From the NCBI GenBank assembly GCA_050331455.1, contig JBHJGV010000031.1, positions 29,098 to 93,097 of the forward strand: DNA of 64,000 nucleotides, given 5' to 3'. The notes beneath the pieces are model-generated. The model had not been told where the DNA came from and searched no databases. It saw only the letters and a list, made by a program, of their open reading frames with translations. This document shows, one piece after another, positions 38,905-47,610 of this stretch; the stretch's first letter is position 1, and every line of letters starts with the position of its first letter. Origin of the DNA: Alphaproteobacteria bacterium. GTDB taxonomy: Bacteria; Pseudomonadota; Alphaproteobacteria; JAJFIK01. Both the position numbers and the translations under genes were made by a program.

Positions 38905-40353
38905 TCAATCCGCCGCCAGGCTGACGATCCGCGGTCCCACTTCCGTGCCCCCGGCCGGATCTTCCAGGCGCCGGCGCAGCCGTCCCAGGGCCTGATCGCT
39001 CAGGCCCGCCCGGACCCGGATCCGGCCGTCTTCCAGGTCATGCCGGTCCAGAACATCCGCATTCTCGTGCAGCCAGGCGAGACCCGCCCCGTCCGCCGGC
39101 GAAAGCTCCAGGTCAAGCACGGTCTGCCGGTCCCCCAGCAACCCGTCGAGCAGGGCGATGAAATCCTCGACACCCTCGCCGGTCAGGGCGGACAATACGC
39201 ACACGTCACGCCGGGGCAGTCCCCCTCGCTCGGTAAGGGCGGCACGCTGGACCAGGGCGTCGTGTTCTTCTTCGGGCAGAAGATCGATCTTGTTGTGCAC
39301 GGTGATACGCGGGCGCTCATCGTCCTCGCCGATCCCCAGATCGGCCAGCACCGCCATCACGTCTTCGGCTTCCGTCTCGCCATGGGGACTGGCCGCGTTG
39401 CGGACATGGACCACCACATCCGCCTCAAGGACCTCTTCGAGGGTCGCGCGGAAGGCTGCCACAAGGGTGGTCGGCAGTTCGGAGATAAAGCCCACCGTGT
39501 CCGACAGGATCACCTGGCGCCCCGAGGGCAGCGTCAGGGCACGCATGGTCGGATCGAGGGTGGCGAACAGCATGTCCTTGGCCAGAACATCCGCCTGCGT
39601 CACGGTATTGAACAGGGTTGATTTTCCCGCATTGGTGTAGCCGACCAATGCGATGATCGGATAGGGCACTTTCTTGCGGCCGGCCCGGTGGAGCTGGCGC
39701 GTGCGGGTCACGGTCTCGAGCTGGCGACGGATCTTGGTGATCCGATCCTGGAGGACCCTTCGGTCGGATTCGATCTGGGTCTCGCCGGGCCCACCCAGAA
39801 AGCCGCGCCCGCCGCGCTGACGCTCCAGGTGAGTCCAGGAGCGCACAAGCCGGCTTTTCTGGTAGAGCATATGGGCGAGTTCGACCTGGAGCCGGCCTTC
39901 CCGGGTGCGGGCGCGATCCCCGAAGATTTCCAGAATCAGCCCCGTGCGGTCCAGCACTTTGGCCTGCCAGGCCCGTTCCAGATTGCGCTGCTGGGTCGGC
40001 GTTACAGCGCTGTCGACGATGACGAGGGCAATGTCTTCATCCGCGACGCGGGCGCCAATCGCTTCCACCTGCCCTGCCCCGAAAAGGCTCGCGGAGCGCT
40101 GGCCGTTCAGGATCATGGTTTGTGCGCCAATAATCTGGAGGGAGATCGCTTCGGCGAGGCCGACCGCTTCCTGCAAGCGGCTCTCGGGGTCGCGGGGACT
40201 GATGTCCGTACCCTTGACGACGGGCTCGAAAACAAGCGCGCGGACAGGCGCCTGATCCCGCGCAGCGCTATAGCGGTGGGACGCCTTGCGCGAGAACTCA
40301 GGACCCTCTTCGGGCAACAGGCTATCGTCCGTGTTGAGGGTGTCTTTGGTCAC
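38905..40353 (-). CDS. hflX: GTPase HflX
   Basis: [34 protein letters not shown]; GTG start overlaps the hfq stop. Confidence 0.97.
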   Translation of the reverse strand: MTKDTLNTDDSLLPEEGPEFSRKASHRYSAARDQAPVRALVFEPVVKGTDISPRDPESRLQEAVGLAEAISLQIIGAQTMILNGQRSASLFGAGQVEAIGARVADEDIALVIVDSAVTPTQQRNLERAWQAKVLDRTGLILEIFGDRARTREGRLQVELAHMLYQKSRLVRSWTHLERQRGGRGFLGGPGETQIESDRRVLQDRITKIRRQLETVTRTRQLHRAGRKKVPYPIIALVGYTNAGKSTLFNTVTQADVLAKDMLFATLDPTMRALTLPSGRQVILSDTVGFISELPTTLVAAFRATLEEVLEADVVVHVRNAASPHGETEAEDVMAVLADLGIGEDDERPRITVHNKIDLLPEEEHDALVQRAALTERGGLPRRDVCVLSALTGEGVEDFIALLDGLLGDRQTVLDLELSPADGAGLAWLHENADVLDRHDLEDGRIRVRAGLSDQALGRLRRRLEDPAGGTEVGPRIVSLAAD

Positions 40354-40604
40354 TCCGTAACCGTCGGTTCGGGATCAGCTTCGAAAAGCTGAACGGGCTG
40401 GGACGGCATCACCGTCGAGATGGCATGTTTATAGACCAGTTGGGAATGGCCGTCGCGGCGCAAAAGCACACAGAAATTGTCGAACCATGTGATCACGCCC
40501 TGGAGCTTCACGCCATTGACGAGAAAGATCGTGAGCGGAACCTTTTGCTTCCGGCAATGATTGAGAAATGTATCCTGGAGATTCTGGGGCTTTTCGACTG
40601 ACAT
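40350..40604 (-). CDS. hfq: RNA chaperone Hfq
   Basis: [27 protein letters not shown]. Confidence 0.99.
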   Translation of the reverse strand: MSVEKPQNLQDTFLNHCRKQKVPLTIFLVNGVKLQGVITWFDNFCVLLRRDGHSQLVYKHAISTVMPSQPVQLFEADPEPTVTE

Positions 40605-40815
40605 GGGTGTGGTCCACCTCTTTGATATTAAGCTCGGTCCGTGCCGCCGGTGTCAGTGCCCCTGCCTTCCGGAGCACCGGTCCGTCGGTCCCGATAGGGT
40701 TCCCGGCTCAAAGGACCGGCAACAGCCGCGTGGATGCCGGTTTTCGACGATCTCAACCCGGCTTAAGGACGTTATGCTGCATCTGCGAAAAAGACAAGCT
40801 TCCCCGAGGACTCGT

Positions 40816-41709
40816 TCAGTCGGATCCGCCGGTCCCGCCACCGTCCGCGGGCATCTGCGCCCCGACCGCCTGCTGATAAAGGCGCCGCAGGGTCAGGCTA
40901 ACCGATCCGGGCCGGCCATTGCCCAGCACCGCCTCGTCGATGCGGACAACGGGCACCACCATGGCGCTGGCGGACGTCATGAAGGCCTCCCGGGCCGCCT
41001 TCGCCTCTTCGACGGAAAAGGCCCGCTCCTCGACCCGGTACCCCTGGCGCACCGCCACATCATAAAGGGTCTGGCGCGTGATGCCGGGCAGGATGTGGCG
41101 ATCCAGATAGCGCGTTACGAGGGTGCCGTCCTGGGTCACGATCCACGCGCTGGAGCGGGAGCTTTCGGTCACGTTGCCGTCCCCGTCAAAGAGCCAGGCA
41201 TCGTCCGCCCCCTGTTCGCGGGCCCCCTGGATCGCCAGCACATTGGCCAGCAGGGAGACGGATTTGATGTCGCAGCGGCCCCAGCGCAGGTCTTCCGTGG
41301 TTACCACGCTGACGCCCTTCAAGGCGGCATCTTCCTGGCGTTCGGGACGGATGGACCGGGCCGTGACGATCAGGGACGGGCGCACTGGTTTCGTCGGGAA
41401 CGGATGATCCCGGCGGGCGACTCCCCTCGTGATCTGGATATAGACGATGCCGTCGCGCACCCGATTGCGCCGCACCACCTCTCCCATCACGACGGACAGG
41501 GCGCGGATCGGCATGGGCGCGGCCATGGACATTTCGCGCAAGGATCGTTCAAGGCGGGTCATATGGCCTTCGAAATCCAGAAACAGGCCTCCGGACAGGG
41601 CGCATACTTCGTATATTCCATCCGAGAACTGAAAGCCGCGATCCTCCACATGGACCATCGCCTGGGCATGGGGGACGTAGCGCCCGTTGACATAGGCCAG
41701 TCTCGACAT
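40816..41709 (-). CDS. dat: D-amino-acid aminotransferase (class IV PLP)
   Basis: EDRGFQFSDGIYE, RCDIKSVSLL (PLP Lys), ILPGITR. Confidence 0.9.
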   Translation of the reverse strand: MSRLAYVNGRYVPHAQAMVHVEDRGFQFSDGIYEVCALSGGLFLDFEGHMTRLERSLREMSMAAPMPIRALSVVMGEVVRRNRVRDGIVYIQITRGVARRDHPFPTKPVRPSLIVTARSIRPERQEDAALKGVSVVTTEDLRWGRCDIKSVSLLANVLAIQGAREQGADDAWLFDGDGNVTESSRSSAWIVTQDGTLVTRYLDRHILPGITRQTLYDVAVRQGYRVEERAFSVEEAKAAREAFMTSASAMVVPVVRIDEAVLGNGRPGSVSLTLRRLYQQAVGAQMPADGGGTGGSD

Positions 41710-41759
41710 CCCGCGATTCTCCCTTGACACCCTGGAGGGACCGACGGTCCGGTCCCCTC

Positions 41760-43211
41760 TCACCGGCGCCAGTATGCAGGGTTCAGGAGGCTCAGCAAGG
41801 CCAAAACCTCCACCCGGCCCAGCACCATTCCGACGCACAAAAGCACCTTTGCCCCTGCGGGCAGGTCCGCATAACCGGTCTGCCCCCCGGTGGCGAGCTG
41901 AAAGGCCGGACCGGTATTGCTCAGTACAGAGAGGCTGGCCGAAATCGCTTCCATGAAGGGCACGCCATGGGCTGAGACCGCCAGCGTCAACGCGCCCGCC
42001 GTCAGGATGAGTGCCATGAACAGGGCACCGATCCGGTTCGACACACCCTCATCGATCCGCATACCGGCGAGCTTCACCCGGGCGACGCCATGGGGGTGGG
42101 CGAGACGTTCCAGCTCCCGATTGGCCTGCTTGAACAACAGCACCACCCGAATGAGCTTGATCCCGCCGGCTGTGGACAGGGCCATGGCCCCCATGGCCGG
42201 TAGCGCGAGGATCAGGGGCACCGGTAAACCGTGGGTGAACGCGGTGCCGTCGAAGGTCCAGCCCGATGTGGTGACCAGCGAGACCGCCAGAAAAGCCGCC
42301 TGCCAGGGTGACGGGGTCTGCCCCTCCACCGGAGGCGCCGCGAGCGCGAGGCCCATGGCGATCAGGCTCGCCACCGCCAGCACCGCGATGAAAAACCGAA
42401 GCTCCGCATCCGCCAGAACCGGCCCGATGCGGCGGTGCATCCAGTACCAGTGGATCAGGATGCTGGAGGCGCCCAGAATGCCCGCAAGACTGACCACGCC
42501 CGGCACGAACGGCGACCCGAAGCCCGCGAACCCGGTTGCCGTCGGGGACAGACCGCCCGTCGCGACGGCGCTGAGAGCCGTGCAGAACGCATTTGGAAAG
42601 GGCAGACCACAGATCAGCAGCACCAGGAAGACCCCCGCCGTCAGCATGGTGTAGACGGGCAGGATCAGGCGGGTCATCGTGCCCAACCGATCGAGAAGGC
42701 TGGTCGGCGTGCGCGGCAGGGGCACGGCGGTGAGCGGCACGCCGGCCCACAGGATCGGCGCAAAAACACCGGTCGCCACCGACAGCGCGCCGGCCCCGCC
42801 GAGCCATTGCAGCACGGCCAGCCAGACCAGCACCCCGCCGGTCTTCAACTGCTCTTCTGCGAGCCCGCCGGCCCCTGTGGTGGTGAGCGCCGCCATGGCC
42901 GCGAAATAGGCGTCGAGGGGCGAAAGGCCGGACACGGCGTCGAGGATGGGCAGGGCCGCAAAGACGGGCAGAATGATCCAGGCCGCCGTGACAAATACGA
43001 CGGCGGCCCAGCCGCTGCGGGGCGGTGTTTCGTGGCGGAAGGCCGCGATGAGCCCAACACCGACAAACAAGGTCACGAAGGCGCCGCGCAGGAAGGGCAG
43101 CGCGGCCACGGCCGTGACCTCCACAACGCTTTGCAGCACGGGCAGGATCATGAAGGCCGCCAGCATCACCAGCAGCCAGCCCATGCGATAGGCGATGCAA
43201 ACCGCCGTCAT
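41760..43211 (-). CDS. trkH: TrkH family potassium uptake protein
   Basis: Four pore loops (TTTG, ATGG, TTSG, SNTGP), STAGGIK, GRVEV. Confidence 0.88.
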   Translation of the reverse strand: MTAVCIAYRMGWLLVMLAAFMILPVLQSVVEVTAVAALPFLRGAFVTLFVGVGLIAAFRHETPPRSGWAAVVFVTAAWIILPVFAALPILDAVSGLSPLDAYFAAMAALTTTGAGGLAEEQLKTGGVLVWLAVLQWLGGAGALSVATGVFAPILWAGVPLTAVPLPRTPTSLLDRLGTMTRLILPVYTMLTAGVFLVLLICGLPFPNAFCTALSAVATGGLSPTATGFAGFGSPFVPGVVSLAGILGASSILIHWYWMHRRIGPVLADAELRFFIAVLAVASLIAMGLALAAPPVEGQTPSPWQAAFLAVSLVTTSGWTFDGTAFTHGLPVPLILALPAMGAMALSTAGGIKLIRVVLLFKQANRELERLAHPHGVARVKLAGMRIDEGVSNRIGALFMALILTAGALTLAVSAHGVPFMEAISASLSVLSNTGPAFQLATGGQTGYADLPAGAKVLLCVGMVLGRVEVLALLSLLNPAYWRR

Positions 43212-43492
43212 GGTTCGCTCCTTTTCCTGCCGGCGCAGCAATGGTTTCAAGCACGCCAGGTCCGGCCGGCGCACCAGCCTTTGCGCGAACCGATGGGCCG
43301 CCCGATCCACACCATGCGCGTCTTTCGCCGGTTCTGGCCCATGCTGTCAAACGGGATCGGAAATGGACGGCTCCGCCAGCCTCGGCAAACCGCCGCAGGG
43401 CTTGGGCCCAGCGCCAAAGCGGGCGTATCATCGCCGGCGGATGCAAGACCCCTTGGGCCCCGCCTGGGCGCCCCGTGATAAGGACGTGCAAG

Positions 43493-44626
43493 ATGGTCAG
43501 GACTCTTTGCCGGATGCGAGCGCGGCCGATGATCTCTCCGGTTGTCGCAGCCGTGATGGCGGGCTTTGCGGCCCTTCTCGGCCTGACCACCCATGCCCTG
43601 GCCGGCGAGGAAGAGGTCTCCTTCGCCGGATCCGGCGGCTTGCCCCTCAGGGGCACCTGGACACTGGCGGACGGTGATGGGGGCCGGGACGGGGCACCGG
43701 CCGTCCTTCTCCTCCAGGGCAGCGGCGCCACGGACCGGAACGGCAACCAGGCGGACCGGCCGCGGGGTGACCTCATGGCGGAACTGGCCGAGGCCCTCGC
43801 CGATGAGGGGGTCGCGAGCCTGCGCTTCGACAAACGGGGCATGCACGCCAATGCGGCCCAGCGCCCGGTGGTGGTGACAGGCCGGGCCGGGAGCGGACCC
43901 GACACGGGCGCGCTCGCCGCGTTTTTCGCCTGGGAGGCCATGGCCGGCGATGCGGCCCGGGCACTGGCCTATGTGGCCGGTCGGGAGGACAGCGATCCGG
44001 CACGCCTGGGGATCGTTGGCCACAGCCAGGGCGCCACACTCGCCCTCGCCGCCCTGACGGCTGCGGACACCCCGACGCCGCCGGTCAAGGCGCTGGGCCT
44101 GCTGGCCAGCCCCTCCCGTCCCGCCACGGCCGTGATCCGGCGTCAGGTGGTCCGCCGGCTCGACCGGTGGGGCCTTGACGGGGAAGCCCGGGACAGCCTG
44201 CTGACCATCAATGACAAGATCACCGCGGAGATCATCGAGACCGGCCGGGTGCCCAGGGGGGTTCCGCCCCTGTTCGATCATATGTACCCGTCCTATGCCG
44301 GGCCCTTCCTCAAGGGCTGGCTGACCTTCGAACCCCTGGCAGCGGTGATGGCGGTGGCGCGCCCGACGCTGGTCGTCATCGGCGGCGCAGACACCCAGGT
44401 CTCGGCCCGCGACGACGGCGCCCGGTTTCTCCGTGTGCTCCAGGACCGCAATGACGGCAGCGTGATCCTCCTGCCCGAGCGGGTCGGCCACGCCCTTCAG
44501 CGCATGGGCGCGGGAGCAACGGACAATCCCGATCCGGAGGACGGCCAGACACTCCGGAAAACGCCGTGGACGCCGGACGATGAGCTTCTGGAGACCGTTG
44601 CCGAGTGGGTCGCGGCCGCGCTCTGA
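43493..44626 (+). CDS. Secreted alpha/beta hydrolase
   Basis: Signal peptide, LLLQGSGATDRNGN, LRFDKRG, GHSQG nucleophile; start 43493-43529. Confidence 0.85.
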   Translation: MVRTLCRMRARPMISPVVAAVMAGFAALLGLTTHALAGEEEVSFAGSGGLPLRGTWTLADGDGGRDGAPAVLLLQGSGATDRNGNQADRPRGDLMAELAEALADEGVASLRFDKRGMHANAAQRPVVVTGRAGSGPDTGALAAFFAWEAMAGDAARALAYVAGREDSDPARLGIVGHSQGATLALAALTAADTPTPPVKALGLLASPSRPATAVIRRQVVRRLDRWGLDGEARDSLLTINDKITAEIIETGRVPRGVPPLFDHMYPSYAGPFLKGWLTFEPLAAVMAVARPTLVVIGGADTQVSARDDGARFLRVLQDRNDGSVILLPERVGHALQRMGAGATDNPDPEDGQTLRKTPWTPDDELLETVAEWVAAAL

Positions 44627-44649
44627 CCGGCGCCCGGCCGGGCCGGCGA

Positions 44650-44976
44650 TCAAAAGCGGAATGCCGGTTTGAGTTGTTCCACGTCGTCCCGGACCGACGG
44701 GACCTCCATGGCCAGATGGAGCAGGGCCATCTCCATCACCCAGATCAGGAAATGAAGCCGGTGGCGAACGCCTTCCTGGTGCAGATAACCGAGATGACGG
44801 ACGATCGCGGCGGCATCCTCCGGGCTCAGCGCCGCAGACCTGTCCCCCCGATTTCCGTTCCCCCGATTTCCGTTCCCCAGATTTCCGTTCTCCCGGTCGC
44901 GGCCCCCCCGGTCGTGTACGGTGCCATTCTTGGGTTGCTTTCGGGACGCGGCAGGCCTCTGGGCAGCGGGGGTCAT
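44650..44976 (-). CDS. Small hypothetical protein (low-complexity N-terminus, helical C-terminus)
   Basis: Start overlaps the GNAT stop (ATGA); C-terminal helix pair HLGYLHQEG...LIWVMEMALL. Confidence 0.6.
   Translation of the reverse strand: MTPAAQRPAASRKQPKNGTVHDRGGRDRENGNLGNGNRGNGNRGDRSAALSPEDAAAIVRHLGYLHQEGVRHRLHFLIWVMEMALLHLAMEVPSVRDDVEQLKPAFRF
44846..44890. repeat. 3 x 15-bp tandem repeat encoding GNGNR-type units
   Basis: CCCCGATTTCCGTTC twice plus CCCAGATTTCCGTTC. Confidence 0.9.
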
Positions 44977-45746
44977 GGCGCACCGTCCCGGTCAGATCCG
45001 CACGCAACAGTGGCCGTCGCCGGCAAAACGCCGGCCGTTGCGGCGCCGTTCGCCGCATGAAGGCGGCCGGGACCGCTCAAGGATCCTTTAGAGTCTTCCA
45101 GCACGCCCGGCCGGTCCCAGGCCCCTTCGGGACGGATGAGGGTATAGCCGTCCGTGGCGAGATCGATGGCATCGGGATCCGGAGCAAGATCGATGACCAT
45201 CTCCAGATAGTCCTCGCCGGAAAAGCTGAGGTCGCCTCCGCCGGGCTTGGGCCGTGCGCCGAAGAAGCGCCAGAACTTGATCAATTCCCGGCGCGCATGG
45301 CCGTAGACGGTACGATAGCCCTTGCGCCGCGCAAGCTCCAGCCCGGCTCGCACGATCCGAAAAGCGATCCGTGTGTTGCGGAACTCCCGGCGCACGGCGA
45401 GGCGCTCCAGCTTCACGAAATCGGCGAAATAGCGGATGCGCAGGCATGCGGCCGGCTCCCCGTCCACCCGGGCAAGAAGGTGACCGCCGGCAAAATCATT
45501 GCCGTCGAACTCCTCCCGATACGGACAGGCCTGCTCGCTCATATAGACCGAGGCCCGTACAGCCACGACCTGCATGAAATCCTCAAATCCCGTGGCGAGC
45601 ACGATATCCACCTGAGGGACCGGTTTTCCCACCGCCTCCGGCGCCGGCCTTTCGGACACGGACGGCCCGGCCGGCGACCGATCCTCGATGGCACATTTGG
45701 GCTCCATTGCGCTATCCTTTCCACTGCTGATCCGTTCCGGTTTCAT
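44973..45746 (-). CDS. GNAT-family acyltransferase
   Basis: VRASVYMSEQ, EEFDGND, LRIRYF, KLERLAVRREFR, YGHA; start may be 45707. Confidence 0.82.
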   Translation of the reverse strand: MKPERISSGKDSAMEPKCAIEDRSPAGPSVSERPAPEAVGKPVPQVDIVLATGFEDFMQVVAVRASVYMSEQACPYREEFDGNDFAGGHLLARVDGEPAACLRIRYFADFVKLERLAVRREFRNTRIAFRIVRAGLELARRKGYRTVYGHARRELIKFWRFFGARPKPGGGDLSFSGEDYLEMVIDLAPDPDAIDLATDGYTLIRPEGAWDRPGVLEDSKGSLSGPGRLHAANGAATAGVLPATATVACGSDRDGAP

Positions 45747-45910
45747 TCCGCCAACACCTACTTATGAGTGCATTTTCATGTCATCTCCCGCTCAACCAAG
45801 CCTCTAGCATCGCGAGTTGACACTGTCTATGCACGTTTAACTTGAACTGTCCGGAAATGGCCGGAATACACGTCAGAGTAGGCAGGTCAGGGGAGACCAG
45901 GGGAGACCAG

Positions 45911-46957
45911 ATGTCGAACAGGGGTGTCACGAAAACTGGACACGCGCCGTCGAGCCCGCTGCTGAGGCCGCTTTCGGAGCGGGTCGGGTGGGACGATCTG
46001 CGTTACTTCCTGGCGGTTGCAGAACATGGCAGCCTCCGCGCCGCCGCCCTGGCGCTCGGTACAACCGTCACCACGGTGGGCCGTCGGGTGGAGGATCTGG
46101 AGACCGCCCTCGGCGAGCCGCTGGTGAACCGGCTGCGCCAGGGCATCACCCTCACGGCGCTCGGCCGGGAGATCGTGGCGGATGTGCGGGACGTTTCGCT
46201 CCTGGTGGGGAGGATCGGCGACAAGGCCGTTTCATCCGCAGGCGCCCTGTCCGGCCGGGTGCGCCTTGCCGTGACGGAAGGGCTCGCCACCTACTGGCTC
46301 GGGCCGCGGCTTGTGGAGTTGCAGAGCCGCTTTCCCTTTCTGACCATCGATTTGATCAGCACCATGGGCTTTGCGGACCTGTCCCGCGACGAGGCGGATA
46401 TCGCCATCCAGCTCCAGCGGCCCTCGGACCCGGACATGAAGGCCGTGCGACTCGGCAGACTGCATGTGTGCTTTTACATGGCCGAGGGGTATCGCCGGCG
46501 TTATGGCGTCCCCGTCGCGCCGGCGGACCTCAAGGCCCACAAGCTCATTCTTCAAGGGGCGGACCAGCTCGACACCCAGCTCCTGCTCGACGTGGCGGGG
46601 ATCGAGCGGCTGGAAGGACGCATCGCCTTCACGACGAACACAAGTTCCGTGCACTATATGCTGATCGCCAAGGGCGCCGGCATCGGCATCCTGCCGACCT
46701 ATGCCAATGCACTGGGTGCGGATCTTCTGCCTATCGATATCGGCCTGCGCCACGCCTATGACATCTGGATGTGCTTTCACAAGGACACCCGGCGCTCCAA
46801 GGCCAAGGCCCAGGTGGTCAACTGGCTGAAGGACTGTTTTGACCCGGACCGTTTTCCCTGGTTCGCCGACACCTACCAGGACCCCGACACCCTTGCCCGC
46901 CTGCCGAGCGACGCCTGGCGCATCAACATGCTCCCCCCGCTACGGTCCATCGACTGA
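45911..46957 (+). CDS. LysR-family transcriptional regulator
   Basis: WDDLRYFLAVAEHGSLRAAA HTH, LTALG, DLSRDEADIAI; divergent from the GNAT gene. Confidence 0.93.
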   Translation: MSNRGVTKTGHAPSSPLLRPLSERVGWDDLRYFLAVAEHGSLRAAALALGTTVTTVGRRVEDLETALGEPLVNRLRQGITLTALGREIVADVRDVSLLVGRIGDKAVSSAGALSGRVRLAVTEGLATYWLGPRLVELQSRFPFLTIDLISTMGFADLSRDEADIAIQLQRPSDPDMKAVRLGRLHVCFYMAEGYRRRYGVPVAPADLKAHKLILQGADQLDTQLLLDVAGIERLEGRIAFTTNTSSVHYMLIAKGAGIGILPTYANALGADLLPIDIGLRHAYDIWMCFHKDTRRSKAKAQVVNWLKDCFDPDRFPWFADTYQDPDTLARLPSDAWRINMLPPLRSID

Positions 46958-46985
46958 CCCCGGCCGGCGACGCAAACCCGTCTTT

Positions 46986-47065
46986 GTAGGGCGGGTTTCA
47001 ACCCGCCATCCTGCACCCTCCGAACGGTCTTGCGCATACGGAAGGCGGGTTTCAACCCGCCCTAC
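46986..47065. mobile_element. GTAG-type REP doublet (REPIN), copy 1
   Basis: GTAGGGCGGGTTTCAACCCGCC ... GGCGGGTTTCAACCCGCCCTAC, two palindromic 22-mers in inverted orientation with GTAG/CTAC ends. Confidence 0.8.
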
Positions 47066-47129
47066 GGTGGGGGAAACGGGGCGTGGCGTCCTGTCCCATG
47101 GATCGATCGGGCCGTGTACCGTTTTCGAC

Positions 47130-47258
47130 AAGGACTGTTTTGACCCGGGCCGTTTCCCCTGGTTCGCCGACACCGACCAGGACCCCGACACCCTTGCCCG
47201 CCTGCCGAGCGACGCCTGGCGCGTCACCATGCTCCCCCCGCTACGGTCCATCGACTGA
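47130..47258 (+). pseudogene. Duplicated 3' fragment of lysR
   Basis: Encodes KDCFDPGRFPWFADTDQDPDTLARLPSDAWRVTMLPPLRSID*, near-identical to the LysR C-terminus; no start or HTH. Confidence 0.85.
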
Positions 47259-47287
47259 CCCCGGGCCGGCGACGCAAACCCGTCTTT

Positions 47288-47367
47288 GTAGGGCGGGTTG
47301 AAACCCGCCATCCTGCACCCTCCGAACGGTCTTGCGCACACGAAAGGCCGGTTTCAACCCGCCCTAC
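47288..47367. mobile_element. GTAG-type REP doublet (REPIN), copy 2
   Basis: GTAGGGCGGGTTGAAACCCGCC ... GGCCGGTTTCAACCCGCCCTAC. Confidence 0.8.
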
Positions 47368-47610
47368 GGTGCGGGAAACGGGGCGTGGCGTCCTGTCCCA
47401 TGGATCGATTGGGCCGTGTACCGTTTTCGACACAGTGCTGCCCAAAGTCATTCAGCCTGGAAACGTTCTGAAATCGTCATCATTACGTCATTGACCCCCC
47501 ACGGACGAAAGCGGATAACGCACTCCGTTGGGCTGGGCGGGGCCTTCGACGAAGGGGTGAAATCCCAGTGGGATCAACACTCTTGTCGTTTGTACACGTG
47601 GAGTAGCGTC

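Larger units (their letters stand above)
46829..47431. repeat. ~301-bp tandem duplication (lysR 3' end, REPIN and downstream DNA)
   Basis: Copy A 46829-47129 and copy B 47130-47431 both begin AAGGACTGTTTTGACCCGG and end GTACCGTTTTCGAC. Confidence 0.95.

Noticed and set aside
46829-47431. Repeat region as CRISPR or an IS element
   Set aside because: No unique spacers, transposase or target-site duplication; better explained as a REPIN plus tandem duplication.
47432-47610. Riboswitch ahead of the RTX-LamG gene
   Set aside because: A possible stem (CCCACGGA/TCCGTTGGG) exists, but it matches no riboswitch consensus I recognise, including c-di-GMP.
47332-47610. N-terminal extension of the RTX-LamG ORF
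   Set aside because: Starts inside the REPIN duplication; ATG 47611 has an RBS.
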